From positions 1 to 48,418 of the IMG/VR virus record IMGVR_UViG_3300043579_000246: a stretch of DNA of 48,418 nucleotides; one strand, 5' to 3'. Shown here one piece after another: positions 6,993 through 16,518 of the stretch. A program made the position numbers and the translations under genes. Numbering within the stretch: position 1 is the stretch's first letter; each line of letters begins with the position of its first letter. The notes beneath the pieces were generated by a model. It was not told the origin of the DNA. It did not search any database and saw only the letters and a program-made list of their open reading frames with translations. This stretch comes from a virus (Duplodnaviria; Caudoviricetes).

Positions 6993-8717
6993 ATGGATTC
7001 TGTTGAGGGAGCGTTCGAACCAGGCGAAGTGATGGCGGCTGAACCACTTGCGGTGGCGAGCATCATCATTCCGACCTACAACCACGCCGCGTTTCTGGCG
7101 GACGCCATCGACAGCGCGCTCGCCCAGACTTGCAGGTGTGAGGTCATCGTCGTCGACGACGGGTCGACGGATGATACCGCCGCCGTGCTGGACCGATTCC
7201 ATGGCCGGATTCGCGCGTTGCGGACGTCGCACCAGGGGCCCAGCACGGCCCGGAACGCTGGCATCGACGCTGCGACCGCTCCGTTCGTCATGCTCCTGGA
7301 TGCGGATGACGTGATTACGCCAGGCAAAGTCCAGGCGCAGATCGCTGAGTTCGCGGCGGCACCCCAGGCCGGCTGGGTGCTGTGCGACGTCAGCATTGAG
7401 GACGAAGCCAAGGATCGGATCGTCCTCGCTTCCGTCCAGTACGGCTACGCCAGTAAGGCGTTGGATGGGTGGATCCAGCCACTGCTCGGCCAGGCCAACT
7501 TCATTCCGATCATGTCGCCGCTCGTGCGGCGGGGCGTGCTCGCCGGCATTCGGTTCCACGACGATAAGGTTCCAGAGGACTGGCACTTCTGGCACGCCGT
7601 AGCCGGCGTGGCCCGGGTCCGCTATGTGCCGCAGGTTCTCGCCACATATCGGCACCGCCGGACGGGTCGAAGTCGGCTCCCCAAGTTCTCGCGCGCGGTC
7701 GCGCCGACTATCTCCGGGTCGTTGCGCCTGAATCTCGGATGCGGGTCGCCGAACACCCGGTCCTGGCATCCGATCGACGGCATGGTGAACCTGGACAAGA
7801 GCCTGGGCTGGCGCTTTGAGGATGGCCTCGGCGATTTCCTCGACGGGTCCGTCGCCGGCATCACGGTGTCCCATGCCCTGATGTACGTCGCCGAGTCCGA
7901 CTGGCCCGCTGTGTGCCGCGAGTTCGCGCGGGTGCTCGTCGATGGCGGCGTCGTCCGGATCACCGAGGACAGCACCGAGGACCCACGGAGCTCGCGCGTG
8001 GGTGGATGGCGTGGGTCGCAGCCGGCCGTAACGCTGACATCCGCAGAGTTCGTGAAGGCGCAGCTCCGGCGCGCCGGCTTGGTCGCGGTTGACGTGACCG
8101 CCGACGTCACGCAGTTCTCTGACCGGTCCCTCTGCCAGGCGCAGCACGGCGCCGCCCCGGACGTGTTCTTTGTCGAGGGCGTGAAGGTCGCCGGCGTGTT
8201 GTTCGCTCCACACAACGACGACGAGGCGCTGTTCGCGGCGTTCACGATTCTCCGGTACCGGCCGCAGGTGATCGTGTGTTTTGAAAGTTCAGGCGACTAC
8301 GGGGATCCGCGCGTCCGTGAAGCCGAGACCCGCGCGGCGATGGCCGTGCTCGGCGCTGGCGCCGTCGAGCAGTGGGCGAGCGTCGGCCACCTCGACCTGG
8401 CGGCACAGATGCGCGCCTACGATGCGCGCGTTCGCCCGACGAGGGTCTGGGCGCCCGACCTGCGGACGTCCCATCCAGACCATCGTGCGGTCGGCACGGT
8501 CGCGGTCGAGGTCTTCGGCGACCGCGTCACGACGTACCACACCTATGTCGATGGCGAGAAAGTCCGTCAGGGTCGACCGGTTGACGTTGAAGTGGGCTGG
8601 GCGCAATTCAAACATCGCGCGCTCGCTCGCTATGACTCGCAGCTGCGGCATCCGCGCGCGCACCACTTCTTTATGCAGGATCTTCACGAGTATCTCGGAG
8701 ACGGAGGCATCCAATGA
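6993..8717 (+). CDS. Tri-domain protein: GT2 glycosyltransferase + SAM methyltransferase-like + PIG-L/LmbE de-N-acetylase
   Basis: SIIIPTYN, VVDDGSTD, ARNAG, LDADD (GT2); LRLNLGCG...VNLD...EFARVLVDGG (MTase); APHNDDE...HPDH (PIG-L). Confidence 0.88.
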   Translation: MDSVEGAFEPGEVMAAEPLAVASIIIPTYNHAAFLADAIDSALAQTCRCEVIVVDDGSTDDTAAVLDRFHGRIRALRTSHQGPSTARNAGIDAATAPFVMLLDADDVITPGKVQAQIAEFAAAPQAGWVLCDVSIEDEAKDRIVLASVQYGYASKALDGWIQPLLGQANFIPIMSPLVRRGVLAGIRFHDDKVPEDWHFWHAVAGVARVRYVPQVLATYRHRRTGRSRLPKFSRAVAPTISGSLRLNLGCGSPNTRSWHPIDGMVNLDKSLGWRFEDGLGDFLDGSVAGITVSHALMYVAESDWPAVCREFARVLVDGGVVRITEDSTEDPRSSRVGGWRGSQPAVTLTSAEFVKAQLRRAGLVAVDVTADVTQFSDRSLCQAQHGAAPDVFFVEGVKVAGVLFAPHNDDEALFAAFTILRYRPQVIVCFESSGDYGDPRVREAETRAAMAVLGAGAVEQWASVGHLDLAAQMRAYDARVRPTRVWAPDLRTSHPDHRAVGTVAVEVFGDRVTTYHTYVDGEKVRQGRPVDVEVGWAQFKHRALARYDSQLRHPRAHHFFMQDLHEYLGDGGIQ

Positions 8718-9232
8718 GTCAGTTCAAGCTCTACCCAGAGGAAAAACACTGGTGGTCCTTTTTGGACTACAAGGCCGTTCTTGATCTGGTCCAGGAGCAC
8801 CAGGCGCAGCGCGTCCTCGAGTTCGGGCCTGGGTCATCGACGCTGTCACTGATCGAAGGCGGCGCTGTGCACGTCGACACTTGCGAGGACGATCCGGACT
8901 GGGCGGATGTCTATGACCAGCGCCTGGTCGCGCTGTTTCCGGAGCTCGTCCACCTCCATCGGTACACGTGGTCGGCCACGCGGCTCACCATTCCTGCTCT
9001 CAAAGACTCCCGGTATGACCTGGCGCTGATCGACGGCCCGCGCGAGTCCACGCGTCGAACCTCGGCGCTGAACTTCGCACTCGATCGCTGCCCGGTCGTC
9101 GTCCTGGCTGACATGTCACCGCCGCTTTGGAAGCGGGTTGAGGCGTTGGTCACCAAAGGGAAGTACACCGTCGAGCGCCGCGAGACTGGTCCGCTCGCCG
9201 GCACCTTCACCATTCTGCGGCGTGTGGTCTGA
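8714..9232 (+). CDS. Class I SAM-dependent methyltransferase
   Basis: VLEFGPGSST motif I; YDLALIDGP. Confidence 0.8.
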   Translation: MSQFKLYPEEKHWWSFLDYKAVLDLVQEHQAQRVLEFGPGSSTLSLIEGGAVHVDTCEDDPDWADVYDQRLVALFPELVHLHRYTWSATRLTIPALKDSRYDLALIDGPRESTRRTSALNFALDRCPVVVLADMSPPLWKRVEALVTKGKYTVERRETGPLAGTFTILRRVV

Positions 9233-9236
9233 CGAC

Positions 9237-9965
9237 ATGTTGGCGGTCTGCACGTGGAAGTGGGGCACGCGGTTCAGTGCCCTGCACGTGAATGTGCTGC
9301 GCGCCGCGCTGGCGCAACGCCTTCACCTGAATCATCGGCTCTTTTGCGTGACCGACGATCCGGTTGGTCTTGATGGGGATATCACGGTCGTCGAACCGCC
9401 GGAACGGTTGGCGTCCGGCGACCTTCGCTGTCGGCGCCGCATGCGTCAGTACGATCGTGACTGGTCCGCGCAGTTCGGGAGCCGCATGCTGGCGATCGAC
9501 CTGGACGTGGTCTTGGTCGATGACATCACGCCGATTGTGAAGCGGCCGGAACCGCTGGTTGGGTGGCGCGTAGGGCACGCGGGCGTGTACAGCGGAAGTT
9601 TCATCTTGCTCGATGTCGGCGCGCTCCATGGGGCGTGGACCGACTATCGTGACGATCCCGAAGGGTTCCCCGCGGTGGCGTGGCCAGGTGGCATCGGCTC
9701 CGACCAAGCGATGATCAACTACTGGCTGCGGTCTCAGCCTCCAATCCCTCACTGGACTGAGCGCGACGGCTTCGTTTCGTACTACGGTAAAGGCTATTCG
9801 CGGTTGGAGCATCTCGGCGTGGGCCCGTCTCATCCGCATTTGCCGGCCGGCGCGCGGATCGTCGTGCTCGGCAGTGCCGATCTCGAGGTCCTCCACGACG
9901 CGCGCTATCCGTGGATTCAGGAACATTGGCTGCCGCTCGCGGCGGCCGCAGGTGGCTGTCGATGA
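9237..9965 (+). CDS. Glycosyltransferase (GT-A fold)
   Basis: CTWKWG..F...HVNVL, FCVTDD, DLD (DxD), GSDQ motifs. Confidence 0.8.
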   Translation: MLAVCTWKWGTRFSALHVNVLRAALAQRLHLNHRLFCVTDDPVGLDGDITVVEPPERLASGDLRCRRRMRQYDRDWSAQFGSRMLAIDLDVVLVDDITPIVKRPEPLVGWRVGHAGVYSGSFILLDVGALHGAWTDYRDDPEGFPAVAWPGGIGSDQAMINYWLRSQPPIPHWTERDGFVSYYGKGYSRLEHLGVGPSHPHLPAGARIVVLGSADLEVLHDARYPWIQEHWLPLAAAAGGCR

Positions 9966-10558
9966 TCTACACGATGACGCCCTTCGCCACCGATCGAAAC
10001 CTCGGCCAAGCATACAACCGCGCGATGGAGGTGCTCCCGGACGACGCGTGGGCCTGCTTTCTGGACCACGACATGGCCTTCACGACGCGCGAGTGGTACG
10101 GCCAGCTCGAGGAGGCGATTACCTTCATGCCCGAGGCCGGCGCCTTCGTGGCCATCACGAATCGGATCGCGGCCGCGTGGCAGCGGGCGCAGGAGTCCGA
10201 CGTCGACAACCACGACATGGCCTACCACCGGGCGATCGGCCGGAACCGTCTCGCGCAGCGCACCCTGCTCGACATCACGACGACGCAAGGCTTCGGCGGC
10301 GTGTTGTTCTGTTTGTCAAAGTCGGCGTGGCGGAAGGCGGGCGGGTTCGTCGATGGCCTGTTTTGTGTCGACCACCAGATGCACTTTGCGCTCCGCCGAG
10401 CGGGCTTCCGGGTCTATCTCCTCGAGAGTTTGTATGTCTATCACTGGCGTCGCGCGAACGGCGACGAACTCCCGCGTGACACCCCGCGGGCCGCGAACTG
10501 CCCGTGCCGCGGGCCTGAGGGGCCGCCCAAACATCGGATCTCTTTGCCAGCACGATGA
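9962..10558 (+). CDS. Glycosyltransferase (GT2-like)
   Basis: NLGQAYN, FLDHD (DxD), KSAWRKAGGF, VD, YVYHW motifs. Confidence 0.8.
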   Translation: MIYTMTPFATDRNLGQAYNRAMEVLPDDAWACFLDHDMAFTTREWYGQLEEAITFMPEAGAFVAITNRIAAAWQRAQESDVDNHDMAYHRAIGRNRLAQRTLLDITTTQGFGGVLFCLSKSAWRKAGGFVDGLFCVDHQMHFALRRAGFRVYLLESLYVYHWRRANGDELPRDTPRAANCPCRGPEGPPKHRISLPAR

Positions 10559-11136
10559 GCACGACCGTGATCGAAGCCCCGGCCGGCGCTGAACCGGCGC
10601 CGGAGACTCCGGACACGAAGAAGGGTAGTCGGGCGAAGTCGCCGCCGGCCGCAGGATTTCCCATGGTCGATCGGCAGCAGCTGGCGGATTTGCTCGGCGT
10701 GCACCCTGACACCATCACCGACTTCACGCGGAAGGGCATGCCGGTGATTTCGAGCGGTGGGCATGGCCAGCGGAGCACGTATGACGCGATCGCCTGTTCG
10801 GCCTGGTGGCGCGCCCAGCGTGGCGCCAACGCGAAGGAGGTAGCCGCGACGCGCGCGCTCGATGCCTCCGCCAGGCTGAACGAGTTGAAATTCAAGCGCG
10901 AAACCGGCGAGCTCCTGCCGCGGGACGTCGTCATCCGGCACGGCCAGGCCTACACGAAGGGCTGGGTGACCCAGGTGATGGCGCTGCCGCGGCGCGCGGT
11001 CGTGACTGGCATCGTGACGCCCGAGCTCGAGCCGGCGCTCGCTGCGCTCTGTCGGGATCTGTGTTCCGACATTCACAGCTGGCGATCGGTGCCCGACATG
11101 CGTCGGCCCGGGAAGTCTGAGCGGAACAACCCATGA
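10555..11136 (+). CDS. terS: Terminase small subunit (Nu1-like)
   Basis: VDRQQLADLLGVHPDTITDFTRKGMPV..GGHG...YD winged HTH resembling lambda Nu1; directly before terL. Confidence 0.88.
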   Translation: MSTTVIEAPAGAEPAPETPDTKKGSRAKSPPAAGFPMVDRQQLADLLGVHPDTITDFTRKGMPVISSGGHGQRSTYDAIACSAWWRAQRGANAKEVAATRALDASARLNELKFKRETGELLPRDVVIRHGQAYTKGWVTQVMALPRRAVVTGIVTPELEPALAALCRDLCSDIHSWRSVPDMRRPGKSERNNP

Positions 11137-13052
11137 ACTACGGGCTGATTGGCCCGTCCGGCTGGAACGCGGCCGCGGCGCCGCCGCCGAAGCTGACGGT
11201 TAGCGAGTGGGCCGACCTGCACCGCCGGCTACCGGAAACGAGCGCGGCCCAGGGCGCGCGCTGGCGCACGGCGTCGACGCCGTATCTGCGCGGCGTGATG
11301 GACGCGTTGAACGAACCCGGGGTCAAGCGCATCGCGCTGATGAAGGGCGCCCAGGTGGGCGGGTCCGAGGCCTTGCACAACATGCTCGGCTACCTCATCC
11401 ACCACGCGTCCTGTCCGACCTTGATGGTGCACCCGTCGAAGGAAGTCGCCCAGGAGTGGTCGAAGGAACGCCTGGACGACATGATCCGCTCGACGCCGGC
11501 GCTCGCGGAGATCGTCAGCGACGGCACCCACAAGACGCGCGGCCGCGCGGATAGCACGCTCACGCTCAAGCTCTTCCCGGGCGGCTTCCTCGCCCTCGGC
11601 GGCGCCAACACTCCGAACACCTTCGCGCGACGGACCGTGCGGGTGGCGATGGGGGACGACGTCGACCGGTTCCCGGCGGTCGTCGGTGAGGAAGGCGATC
11701 CGGCCGAGCTGCTCGAGAACCGCACCCGCACGTTTCACGACGGCGTGACGATCTTCGTGTCCACGCCCACGCTCGTCGACGGCCGCATCGACACGATGTT
11801 CAAGCGGAGCGACCAGCGCCGCTTTATGGTGCGCTGTCCCACCTGCGGACGTCAGGACTGGATCACGTGGAAGGACCCGACACACTTCCGCGTCGTGTTC
11901 GACGACCGCGACGCGTTGAGCGCGCGGATTGAATGTCCCGACGACGAGCACGGCGGGTGCGGCGCGCGGATGAATGAACCGATGCGCCGGCTGATGGTCG
12001 CCGGCGGCGAGTGGAAGGCGACTGCGGTCCCGAAGTCACCGGGCTCCGTGGGCTTTCATCTGCCGGCGATGGTGTCGACACTCGGCGCCGTGACGTTGCC
12101 GGACTTGGTCGAGCGGTGGCTGACTGGCCGGGAGCGCGGAACCGAGAGCCTCCGCGTGTTCATCAACACGTACTTGGCGGAAGGCTGGGAGAACCGAGGC
12201 GCCCGTATGAACTCGCAAAGCCTGGTCACACGGCGGGAAGACTACGGCGAGGGCGTGGAAGTGCCGGCCGAGGCCGTGGCGTTGACCGCTGGCGTCGACG
12301 TCCAGGAGAACCGGTTCGAGCTGCAGGTCACGGCGTGGGGCCCGGCGCAGCAGCGCTGGGTCGTGGACGTGCGGACCGTTCCCGGCGATCCGAAGCAACC
12401 CGAAACCCGGGCCGCGCTGCTCGAGGCGCTGCAGCGTAAGTACAGCCATGCGTGGGGGCTCGAGCTGCCGATTCACGCGGTCTGCATCGACTCCGGCTAT
12501 GCCACCGAAGAGGTCTACGACTTCGTGCTCGCGCACCAATACCGAAAGATCTTCGCGACCAAGGGCATCGGCGGGAAGAGCGGCGAGCCCATTGTGATGA
12601 AGCCGAGCGAGAAACGCACCGGCACGAATCCGCGGCCCGTGCGGCTGTATCCGATCAACGTCGACGATGCGAAGGCCGACGTCATGGCCGCGCTGGCCCT
12701 GGCCGCGCCCGGGCCCGGTTACATTCACTTCCCCCTGCACCTCGACACCGTCGACGAGGAGTACTTCGCGCAGCTCTGCGCCGAGCACGCCGAGACCCGC
12801 TACAACAAGGCCGGCGTCGCGACGCATGTCGTCTGGGTGAAGGACCGGGAGCGGAACGAGGCGCTCGACATGACCGTGCTCTGCCTCGCCGCGCTGCGTC
12901 TCCTGAATCCGAACATCAAGCAGATGCTCGAGACGTTGAAGGCCTCGATTCCTCCGCCGCCGTCGGCTGGTGGGTCGACCCCGCCGGACGTGCCGCCGTC
13001 TCCCGCACCGGCGCGGCCGCGCGTCGGTCGCAGCGGCTATCTGCGTCGGTGA
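11133..13052 (+). CDS. terL: Terminase large subunit (lambda GpA family)
   Basis: LTVSEWAD, KGAQVGGSE (Walker A), DDVD (Walker B), STPT, SDQR, GVDVQ, IDSG, RNEALD. Confidence 0.97.
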   Translation: MNYGLIGPSGWNAAAAPPPKLTVSEWADLHRRLPETSAAQGARWRTASTPYLRGVMDALNEPGVKRIALMKGAQVGGSEALHNMLGYLIHHASCPTLMVHPSKEVAQEWSKERLDDMIRSTPALAEIVSDGTHKTRGRADSTLTLKLFPGGFLALGGANTPNTFARRTVRVAMGDDVDRFPAVVGEEGDPAELLENRTRTFHDGVTIFVSTPTLVDGRIDTMFKRSDQRRFMVRCPTCGRQDWITWKDPTHFRVVFDDRDALSARIECPDDEHGGCGARMNEPMRRLMVAGGEWKATAVPKSPGSVGFHLPAMVSTLGAVTLPDLVERWLTGRERGTESLRVFINTYLAEGWENRGARMNSQSLVTRREDYGEGVEVPAEAVALTAGVDVQENRFELQVTAWGPAQQRWVVDVRTVPGDPKQPETRAALLEALQRKYSHAWGLELPIHAVCIDSGYATEEVYDFVLAHQYRKIFATKGIGGKSGEPIVMKPSEKRTGTNPRPVRLYPINVDDAKADVMAALALAAPGPGYIHFPLHLDTVDEEYFAQLCAEHAETRYNKAGVATHVVWVKDRERNEALDMTVLCLAALRLLNPNIKQMLETLKASIPPPPSAGGSTPPDVPPSPAPARPRVGRSGYLRR

Positions 13053-13064
13053 GGGTGCGCGCGG

Positions 13065-13277
13065 ATGGTCTACCTCCCCGTCACGTGCCCGAATATGGCG
13101 TGCCGCTCCACACGGAACGTCGTGTACAAGACGGCCGTCGACAAAACGCGGCTGACGATTGAACGCCACCGGTGGTGTCGGGCTTGCAATCGCGAGTGGG
13201 TCACCGTCTGCGCGTTACCGATCGAACGATTCCTCCGGAACAAGCCATCGTTGCGGCGAAATAAAGTGGCGGTATGA
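13065..13277 (+). CDS. Zinc-ribbon protein (Ogr/NrdR-N-like), possible late regulator
   Basis: CPNMAC...V..T......RHRWCRAC...W.T. Confidence 0.65.
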   Translation: MVYLPVTCPNMACRSTRNVVYKTAVDKTRLTIERHRWCRACNREWVTVCALPIERFLRNKPSLRRNKVAV

Positions 13278-13325
13278 CCCCTCACGCATCGAAGCGGCTC
13301 ACGCGCCGGCTGCACACTCGATGTT

Positions 13326-14051
13326 GTGCAGCCGCGGCTGGTCTCGTGCTCGTTCGGCAACGGTGAGTGGCTGCGGCTCTCGCGGGTGCTCGCGTACAGC
13401 GCCGCGCAGCACTGTGCCGACTGGGATCGGCGAATCGCCCGGATAGATCCGCCGGCGCCCCAGCCCGGGGTGCATGATGACGCGCATCTCGCGAATACCC
13501 AGAAGCTCGAGCACTGGGCTGCGGCGGTCCGCACGGCCGGCGACGGCCAGCGCCTGCTGCTGATCGACGCCGACACGGCCATCCTCCGATCGCTGGACGA
13601 CATCTGGGATCGGGAGTTCGATGTCGCCTACACGACTCGGCCCGTCGACTGTCTCTTCCCGTTCAACGCCGGCGTGATCTTCCTGCGCGTGGGCCCGAGG
13701 GTCCGCGAGCTCATGGAGGCCTGGCGCGCCGCGAATCAGTTGATGCTGATCGATCGCGCGTATCACCTGGCGTGGCGGCCGAGGTTTGGTGGCATCAACC
13801 AGGCCGCACTGGGGGCGGTGCTCGCGGATCCCGCCCACGTGGCCGGCGTGACGCTCCTCCCGTTGCCCTGCGCGGAATGGAACTGCGAAGACACGGGCTG
13901 GTCTGACTTCGCCGCCGATCGCACCAGGATCCTCCATATCAAAACGCAACTCCGTCGCGTTGTGTTCAGGCGCTCGCCGCCTGACCGTTTGGCCCCGCTG
14001 ATGAATCTCTGGCAGCAGCTCGAGCGCGCGGCGCTCGCGGTCTCCGCGTAG
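13326..14051 (+). CDS. Glycosyltransferase (nucleotide-diphospho-sugar transferase, GT-A)
   Basis: LLLIDAD (DxD), FDVAYT, FNAGVIF, NQAAL, LPCAEWN, ILHIK. Confidence 0.82.
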   Translation: MQPRLVSCSFGNGEWLRLSRVLAYSAAQHCADWDRRIARIDPPAPQPGVHDDAHLANTQKLEHWAAAVRTAGDGQRLLLIDADTAILRSLDDIWDREFDVAYTTRPVDCLFPFNAGVIFLRVGPRVRELMEAWRAANQLMLIDRAYHLAWRPRFGGINQAALGAVLADPAHVAGVTLLPLPCAEWNCEDTGWSDFAADRTRILHIKTQLRRVVFRRSPPDRLAPLMNLWQQLERAALAVSA

Positions 14052-14314
14052 TGGCGCTGACGCGAGCCCGTCGCATGGGACGTCCTCGGAAGCATCCGGA
14101 CGGGGCGATCAAGGTGCACCTCAAGGTCCCGGCGGAGGTGTACGACGCGTACTGTCAATCGTCGAACCGAGCGCGGCGGTCCATTCACAGCTTGATGGTC
14201 GCGGCCCTGACAGACCAGGTCAGCAGCTTGCCGACTTTCGGTGGTCAAAAAAATACAGATCCGCCAGACGTGCCGCACACTGCGGCAGGTACTCGTGTCG
14301 TACACCGTCACTGA
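14051..14314 (+). CDS. Ribbon-helix-helix (Arc-like) DNA-binding protein
   Basis: GRPRK followed by IKVHLKVPAEVYD...RRSIHSLMVAAL. Confidence 0.6.
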   Translation: MALTRARRMGRPRKHPDGAIKVHLKVPAEVYDAYCQSSNRARRSIHSLMVAALTDQVSSLPTFGGQKNTDPPDVPHTAAGTRVVHRH

Positions 14315-14513
14315 GCTTGAAGCCAAAATCGCCGCGCTCGAGCTCGCGTTCGAGCGGCACGAACGTACGGTGATCTTTGCCGATCGCCAGGTGACCTACC
14401 GGTCGTTCGACGAGATTCAGCAGCAGATCGCCTATTTCCAGTCGAAGCTGACGGTACTGCGCGGCCGACCGAAGCAGTCCTTTGGCGTCGGCAACAAAGG
14501 GTTTTGCTGGTAA
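14295..14513 (+). CDS. Head-tail joining protein (gpW-like)
   Basis: YT..EL...IAALE......V...DRQVTYRS.DEI; immediately before the portal gene. Confidence 0.85.
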   Translation: MSYTVTELEAKIAALELAFERHERTVIFADRQVTYRSFDEIQQQIAYFQSKLTVLRGRPKQSFGVGNKGFCW

Positions 14514-16027
14514 TGGCCACGCGAACCCTGCCGCGGTCCACCCGGCCGGCGCGGTCCAGTGGCCGCGGCCCTGTCAGCCCGGTCAAGAACAGCGTCGCGT
14601 TCGAAGCGGGTGCCGTGAACTCGCGGCGCACGTTCGGGTGGCGGCCGCAGACAACCACGCCGAACGGCGTCCTCAGCTCGCTGGCCACGCTTCGCGACCG
14701 GTCGCGCTCGGCCGTCCGAAACAACGCGTACGGCAAAGAGGCGATCGACAAGCTCGTCAGCAACATCGTCGGCACCGGCATCAAGCCACTCTCCAAGGCC
14801 TTCGACGTCGCGTTCGCCAAGCAGCTCACGGACCTGTGGGAGCGATGGACCGACGAAAGCGACGCCGACGGGTTGCTGGATTTCTACGGCCAGCAGGCGC
14901 AGGTCGTTCGGACGTGGAAAGAAGCCGGCGAAGTCTTCGTGCGGCTGCGCCCGCGCTTGGCGTCCGATGGACTGTCGGTGCCGCTCCAGATTCAGGTCGT
15001 CGAGCCTGAGCTCTGCCCGTACTCGCAGTACCTGACGGTTCCGACCAACGGGAACAAGGTCAAAGCCGGGATTGAGTTCAACGGAATCGGGCAGCGTGTG
15101 GCGTACTGGTTCTTCCAGTCGCGGCCGGGCGACATCGACGACGCGGACTTCTCGCAGCTCCGTCGCGTGCCGGCGGACAACGTCATTCACGTGTACGACC
15201 CGCTCCGCGCGGGCCAGCTCCGCGGGATTCCGCAGCTGACGTCCGTCCTGATTCGGCTCAACGAGCTGGAAAAGATGGACGACGTCACGATGCTGCGGCA
15301 GCAGCTCGCGAACATGTTTGTCGCGTTCCTGAAGCGACAACCAGGCCAGGGAGATGCCGAGGCGATCCATCCGCTGACGGGAGCACCACTTTCACAAGTG
15401 GGAGACCGTCCAACCCTCACGTTGGAGCCCGGCATCTTCCAGGAACTGGACCCAGGCGAATCGCTCGAGTGGTCCGAGCCGCCGTCGCCGCCCGACACGT
15501 ACCCGGCGTTCATGCGGCAGCAGCTGCAGGCGGTCGCCGCCGGCGTGGGCGTGCCGTACGAAGTGCTCACGGGCGACATGGCGAACGTGAATGACCGCGT
15601 CGTGCGCGTCATCCTGCACGAGTTCCGCCGTCGCGTGTCGACCTGGCAGCACAACATCATCGCGTTCCAGTTCTGCCGGCGGGTGTGGAAGGCGTGGATG
15701 GACCGCGTCTTTGTGTCTGGTGCGCTCCCAATTCCGATCGCCTTTCTTGAGAACTCGGAACCGTGGGCCCGCGTCAAGTGGATGCCGCAGGGGTGGCCGT
15801 ACCTGCACCCGGTGCAGGACGTCGAGGCCGACGAAAAGGCGATTCGAGACGGCTTCACGTCGCGCAGCGCCGTCGTCAGTGAGCGCGGCGAGGACGCTGC
15901 GACCATCGACGAAGAAAACGCCGCCGACAACGCACGTGCCGACGCGATGAAACTCAAGTACGACTCGGACGGCCGCCAAGCCAAGAACACGGCCGCGAAG
16001 CCGGTCCTCGAGGCGGTGCCCGCGTGA
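14513..16027 (+). CDS. Portal protein, lambda family
   Basis: LRDRSR..VRNN, VGTGI, GIEF...G..VAY, R.GQ.RG.P, GD...VN, GW..LHPVQD. Confidence 0.96.
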   Translation: MATRTLPRSTRPARSSGRGPVSPVKNSVAFEAGAVNSRRTFGWRPQTTTPNGVLSSLATLRDRSRSAVRNNAYGKEAIDKLVSNIVGTGIKPLSKAFDVAFAKQLTDLWERWTDESDADGLLDFYGQQAQVVRTWKEAGEVFVRLRPRLASDGLSVPLQIQVVEPELCPYSQYLTVPTNGNKVKAGIEFNGIGQRVAYWFFQSRPGDIDDADFSQLRRVPADNVIHVYDPLRAGQLRGIPQLTSVLIRLNELEKMDDVTMLRQQLANMFVAFLKRQPGQGDAEAIHPLTGAPLSQVGDRPTLTLEPGIFQELDPGESLEWSEPPSPPDTYPAFMRQQLQAVAAGVGVPYEVLTGDMANVNDRVVRVILHEFRRRVSTWQHNIIAFQFCRRVWKAWMDRVFVSGALPIPIAFLENSEPWARVKWMPQGWPYLHPVQDVEADEKAIRDGFTSRSAVVSERGEDAATIDEENAADNARADAMKLKYDSDGRQAKNTAAKPVLEAVPA

Positions 16028-16518
16028 CACCGAGGGAAAGACGTCTCGAGCAGAAACGAGCCTGTGCGCGGCGCTGGCGCGCGGCCAACCCTGACTTGGC
16101 GCGAGCCAGAGACCGGGAACGCTACGCCGCCAACATCTCAGTTCGCCGGGAACAGTCCCGTGTCGGTGCGCGGACCTGGCGGCAGGCTCATCCGGAGCAG
16201 TCACGCGCGAAGGCGCGGGCCAATAACCACGCCCATCTCGTCCGGCGGCGCGAGAACGAAGGGCGCTATCGCGCGCGCCGTCATGGGGTCGGGGTCGCTG
16301 CTGTATCCGAGCGAGATCTGCAGGCGTTGCTTGAGCGTCAGGTTGGTCGATGTGCCTACTGCCCGAATGACTTAGATCACAAGCGACATCTCGATCATCG
16401 GACGCCGTTGTCGCGCGGTGGCGCGCACGCGATCGGCAATTTGTGCTGGACGTGCCCGACGTGCAATCGGCGCAAAGGTCAAAAAACAGCGGAAGAGTTT
16501 GTGGAGATGGCTGCATGA
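16024..16518 (+). CDS. HNH endonuclease
   Basis: CAYC...HLDHRTPLSRGG.H..GNL...CPTCNRRKG. Confidence 0.92.
   Translation: MTPRERRLEQKRACARRWRAANPDLARARDRERYAANISVRREQSRVGARTWRQAHPEQSRAKARANNHAHLVRRRENEGRYRARRHGVGVAAVSERDLQALLERQVGRCAYCPNDLDHKRHLDHRTPLSRGGAHAIGNLCWTCPTCNRRKGQKTAEEFVEMAA

Noticed and set aside
6993-10558. DNA hypermodification or O-antigen seroconversion cluster
   Set aside because: No hydroxymethylase, TET/JBP, DNA methyltransferase or polymerase, and no GtrA/GtrB or membrane GT was seen. Disfavoured rather than excluded, since part of the genome is missing
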